Below, piece by piece: positions 17,765-22,232 of a DNA stretch of 22,232 bases. Within the stretch, counting starts at the first letter, position 1. Each line of letters begins with the position of its first letter. The position numbers and the translations under genes were made by a program. Source of the stretch: Octopus sinensis (Eukaryota); contig NW_021836364.1 of NCBI RefSeq assembly GCF_006345805.1, forward strand, positions 1-22,232, read 5' to 3'. The notes under the pieces are model-generated. The model searched no databases. It worked only from the letters and a program-made list of their open reading frames with translations, and was not told the origin of the DNA.

Positions 17765-18400
17765 TTTTGCAAGATAGAAATTTGTTCTTTTCTGCGCGTG
17801 ATGCGCTTTGCAATCATTGCAAGAAATCTAAGAGACAGTAGACCACATGGCCACTCTGTGCAACAGAATGTTAACAGTGACTATGTGTGAAGGCACGACG
17901 AGGTTGTAAAATGCATCCATTTGGACGTTTGCAAACACTTAGGAGTAAAGAAAATTGGGAAGCTAAAATCCCATTTGGTTAAATCTATAGTTTATGGACC
18001 AAAAATTTCGAGATACGGGTGGATACATCAATATCAACTATTAGTTCAATAAGCCAGATATCTTTATCCATGACAAGCTGAAGAATGAAATTACCATAAT
18101 TGAAATGGGAATTAAATCGCAGGAGAGACTCTTCAACTTGTTACAAAGCCTATATGGAAAAATTATCTGTTGAAGGCCCGACAAGAACATACATTCAGGC
18201 ACTTGTGATAAAGAAGACACTAGAAAGCATGGTGGAGGAGCATAGGCATGGCATTCATACGTCTAAAGAAAAATTTATTACAACAACCAGCCAGTTGTTT
18301 GCGAAGACTCCTCAGACAAAACAAATAGACAAATCATGAATGATTTGGAAAATAAAAGTGATAGTGCATTGGTGGATAGTTCTCCCCTGAGAAGAAAAAT
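17765..18400 (+). mobile_element. R4/Dong-like non-LTR retrotransposon 3' fragment (CCHC finger and RLE)
   Basis: Across frameshifts: LQDRNLFF...CNHCKKSK.TVDHMATLC...RHDEVVKCIH...EIRVDT...NKPDIFIHDK...ITIIEMGI...TYIQALVIKKTLES. Confidence 0.85.
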
Positions 18401-18430
18401 TTCCGAAGACTAGGGTCAATGAATTAGTTA

Positions 18431-20134
18431 CAGTCCGACCTCTAAATGGGGCACTAAGTGCCTCAAATCAGAGGTTTCCCCAAAAAAGAGGTTTTTCAAA
18501 AAGCTCAATAAATAAAGAAAAAGAACATTATTTTTTAAAATAATCAGTTAATTTTTCTCCATATTTATATTTATTTTTAATTCCTAACGACACTTTCTTT
18601 CTGAATTCATAAAAATCATGAAGAGAATCTGGAATCAAATCAAAGATGTTTGTCTCTAAGTTTTCCATCAAACTTAAAATTTGTGATATTGATAGTTAGA
18701 TATTTGGATCATTATCTTCTATTTCATCAAAACATTCATCAATAACATTATTAAATATTTCTTCAGATGATTCATTTATGCAACTCGAGTCTGATGGAGA
18801 TTGTCGAAAAACCTTTTGCCAGCAGTTATAAATAATATCCGCAGATACATTATTCCAAGCATCTGAGATTATTGTTACCACTTGCCGCAAATTTAATTTG
18901 GATAAAGACTCTATAAACAAATCCTGGTCGTCTTGAAAACATAAAAAATCAATTAGACAATTCAAATAATTATCCTTGAAATTTTTAATGATTCCAGCAT
19001 CCAATGGTTGAAGTATTAGTGTCGTATTTTTTAGAAAAAATAAAAAATCACGTTGCTAATGTCGATATTTTGTGGCAAGCAGCGTTATCTAATAACATTA
19101 AGATTTTTCTTTTTTGAATAATCATTTTTTCATTAGTTTTTTGAGCCAGGATATAAAAATGTCTCTTGTCATCCACGCATTTTTGGACGAAGAGCATAAA
19201 ATTCGATAAAAAGAGAAGTTTCGTCACAATTAAAAATGTTCTCCTTTCCATATTGTTCAACTTTGATATTTAATCTGATAAAAAATTCAGAATTATCGCA
19301 TGATCAGCAGATGCGAATTCGCCTGACAATGTTCGGAATTTTAATTCATGCCTTTGCTTGAATTTTTCTAACCATCCATTTGAAGCTTTAAACTTGTTTA
19401 AGCCCATTCTCAAAGAAACAGTTAGGGAAATTTTTTTAAAAGAGTTCCAGAAACTGGAACATTCTGATCCCTTAGACGCTGAAAAATATCAAGGACTTTT
19501 TCATCAAATCCGTTTTTATTTTCACTTAATGATGAGGAAAAGAAATCCTTTTTTGATAAATGGAAGAATATTCTTTTTTATACGAAAAATAGTTCCCTTG
19601 CTAGTATTGTACATTATGGATAATCTCCTCTCAGAATGTTCTTTCTTTAAAAGATGATCAGCAATCTTCAACTTGGTTTCATTCCTCCGGATATGGCAAC
19701 GCTCAGGAGGCACTTAATGCCTACCGAAAAAGGACTCTTAGCTTCTCAGACCCTGGGACATCGTCGTCTCAGGCCGATCTTGCGGGAAGGATTGAACCTT
19801 TCAGAAGGATCTCCCTCGTTTGGATCGGCGATCACGGGAATAACTATAATTAACTGGCTTTGCCCGTGTTTGGTCTTTAAATAATAATAATAATAATAAT
19901 AATTCAAAGGCATTACACAAGAAATTTGAAATGAAACGTGTCTTAAAATATTTATTTTTTAAATTGGTATAATTAATTTTATTTAATAAAAAATCAATGC
20001 CCCAAATAGAGATGTTAAAATTAATTGATTTTTTATAATTTGGTTAAAAAAATTTATAATGCCCCAAAACAGAGTTTTCCCCAAAAAAGAGGTGCCCCAC
20101 CCCTGGAGGTGCGCCCCAATTAGAGGTCGGACTG
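18431..20134 (-). mobile_element. pogo/Tigger-family transposon with both TIRs, decayed transposase
   Basis: TIRs CAGTCCGACCTCTAA(A/T)TGGGGC at 18431 and 20134, flanked by TA (18429-30, 20135-36). Minus-strand remnants: psq-like HTH (ETKLKI...SKGTIFRIKK), CENP-B (FKASNGWLEKFKQRH), LLLDNAACH-like motif, QPLDAGIIKNFK, AWNNVSADIIYNCW. The first catalytic D segment is missing. Confidence 0.92.
19682..19903 (+). mobile_element. GC-rich ~220-bp insert ending in (AAT)8; probable 5'-truncated LINE 3' end or SINE
   Basis: Interrupts the pogo ORF just after its probable start (minus-strand ATG 19913, MPL); (AAT)8 at 19880-19903. 5' boundary approximate; no TSD found. Confidence 0.55.
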
Positions 20135-20355
20135 TAATTAGTTTTGGGTTTAGTTAATGTTTTTTTGCTATTTTAATTATTTTTATTTAAAGATCATTTT
20201 CATATATACAAGTAATCATGATTTCATAAGATATATCGAAAAAGTTTTTTTTCCTTTTTTTCTTTGTACCAACAGCAACATTTTTGGTTTTAATATGAGC
20301 TTTTTTTGTTTCTTTGTGCTAACTTTAGGTGCCATTATTAACAAAATTTGTAAGT

Positions 20356-21265
20356 TCAATCAATCAATTTTATTGTAATTAACAGAGTAAGTGACAGGAA
20401 TTAAGGACAATGATAGCACGAGACTGAAGTCAAGGCAACTGAACTCTTCTGAGCGTGCGTCCAATTCATCTGTCGTGAGCCAGAGTTAAGAAAGCAGAGA
20501 TTTAAGAAAGCAGGAATTACTTATCCAGCAATATTGCTGTTTGAGGAAATCTGGGGGGGTCACTTGTTCCGATCGATGAACAGGTCGGTCACTTGAGATC
20601 TTCTCCGGAAAGACCGGATAGAATTCTCAATGACCAGTCGTATCTCTGGGGATCTGGACTCCGCCCAGCTTGGGACGGGGCCTCGTGGGTCAAGCCTGTA
20701 AGCTAGCTTCAGCACGTAGCGTCGAATTTTTTCTCATTGCCTGTAAATTTTCTCGAGATCTTTCGAGTAGTACCATGCTTCCATTCCGTTCAGCAAGCTG
20801 GGTAGGATGGTTGCGTGGAATACGAAGAGGAAAGTCTTAGTATCCAGATGCATGCTTGCTTCTTCTTCAATGGCTTTCGCTCTCTTTTTCTTGACATGCA
20901 CCCGAGTTAGCGTATGCAGCTGGGGCGGACAATTTCGGCTAGAGATCTGATCTGATGACTTTTTCGAGTTGATTTGTAGGTATGCGGATTTATCCATTCC
21001 TAACGAGAGCTGCTTGCTGGCGCACCACTCTTTTATTACCTCAATGTAGGTGAAAAGCCTCTTTTCTGAGGCCATCGCGTCCTTTGAGGTGTCAAGAATA
21101 AGGACGTTATCTGCATAGAGAAGTAGATTTGTCCGGGGGTCTTGGGGCAAAGGGAAACTGCTCATAACCAAATTGAAGAGATGTGGACTGAGGCAGGATC
21201 CTTGCGGAACCCCCCTTCGGAGTAAAATATCTCTTGAAAAGAATCCAGACTCGGAGATAAATTAG
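20356..21265 (-). mobile_element. 5'-truncated non-LTR retrotransposon (same L2/I/Jockey-like lineage)
   Basis: RGVPQGSCLSPHLFNLVM...LLLYADN (catalytic DD mutated to DN), ATILPSLLNGMEAW, EKIRRYVLKLAYRL; 3' AATAAA followed by a (TTGA)n tail near 20356. Confidence 0.88.
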
Positions 21266-21438
21266 CTCACTTGGTTTTAAATTAACCCCAGAGGTATTGA
21301 TTTTTTAAAATATTCTCATCATATTAAAATTTAAAAATAGATGGACCTTTTCTACATAAAACGCGAGACCTTTACTAATTTTCTGAATAAATATAATTAT
21401 CAATTAAATATTTAAATAATTTAATCTTACAATTCTTT

Positions 21439-21478
21439 TAATCCTATAATCCTATCCTATAATCCTAAATCCTATTTA
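21439..21478. repeat. Short degenerate (AATCCTAT)-type tandem repeat
   Basis: TAATCCTATAATCCTATCCTATAATCCTAAATCCTAT. Confidence 0.7.
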
Positions 21479-21794
21479 TTCTTTTATATTCCCTATTTAG
21501 ATATTTTTTTGTTTAAAAACCTGAATAGTAATATAAACTTGTTTTAAGTATCAATTTCAATTTATTAATCTGCTCCATTGTCTATCGATTCATATTTTTA
21601 ACCAGGCGAATTTCTAAAATGTCATCACCTTAAAAAAGGTCTGCATTTTAATTTAAAATCTTTGTTATTAAGTTTATACGCTTTCTTCAAGTAATCGAAT
21701 TACGTACAGCAAATTAATAGCCAGGCCGCCTTTAATCACCTCAAATTTTTTTATTTCGAATTCATATTTCCGAATATAATAACTGAATCGTGTC

Positions 21795-22107
21795 CAAACC
21801 TAAGATATAAATCGAAAAACATTCAAGAATTGAAAACAATTTGCTATGAAGAATGGGAAAATATTACTCCATTCGAATGCCAGAAACTTATCCTTACAAA
21901 AAAGATTGGATGCAGTACTACTAGCAAAAGGGAATGCAACTAAATATTAATTTGATTTTGTTCCATGACTTTTTTTCATTAAATAAATTGACTTTTTTTA
22001 AAAATTGCTAATTATTGCAGTATAAATAACTCAAGTTAGTATATTTCTTTGAAAAAATTGCCCACACATATTATAAATTAGTCGGTAATCATTATTTAAA
22101 CCCCTTG
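21795..22107 (+). mobile_element. Tc1-family transposase C-terminal remnant
   Basis: KNIQELKTICYEEWENITPFECQKLI / KRLDAVLLAKGNATKY* (stop 21948-21950). A possible TIR remnant ATTATTTAAACCCCTTG lies near 22091-22107; the end is uncertain. Confidence 0.8.
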
Positions 22108-22232
22108 TGAGGTAAAACCTAAACTGATAAAGGAGATGCAAATTTTTTTTCTACATGCATCATCAAGAAATCATCCCACTCTATTCAAATGCTTGAGTAA
22201 ACTTAAAGTGAGGTCATCGAGTCTTCATAATG

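Noticed and set aside
21439-21478. Telomere-like repeat
   Set aside because: Irregular, 40 bp long, and not a known telomeric unit.
21270-21720. Possible further integrase or transposase remnant on the minus strand (KGDDILEIRLV)
   Set aside because: Too short and stop-ridden to assign.

Overview
AT-rich, transposon-saturated eukaryotic (animal) DNA. Host genes: an intact, divergent LIM-homeobox gene of the Lhx1/5 class (11995-12977, +), an intact ankyrin-repeat gene (16535-15723, -) and a heavily frameshifted innexin pseudogene (5430-6603, +). Fourteen of 15 introns inferred from protein-motif continuity are only 24-33 nt GT-AG, and none has a GTRAG donor. With a spiralian-type innexin, this suggests a reduced parasite such as a dicyemid mesozoan (inference). 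The rest is nested mobile DNA: at least five integrase-only Ginger2/Tdd-like elements plus a related MITE (TGTC...GACA ends, 5-bp TSDs), Buster/Charlie-type and other hAT remnants, a TIR-bounded pogo/Tigger element, a Tc1 remnant and non-LTR fragments (L2/I/Jockey-like, RTE-like, CRE-like, R4/Dong-like). Most notable: the DNA transposons carry host-sized 24-33-nt introns, one at a conserved position in two diverged copies. Also, a Ginger2 derivative inserted onto the innexin stop codon, and the innexin region is bracketed by unexplained ~400-bp inverted repeats. Translations and splice models were made by hand; no database searches were run, so family names rest on recalled motifs.
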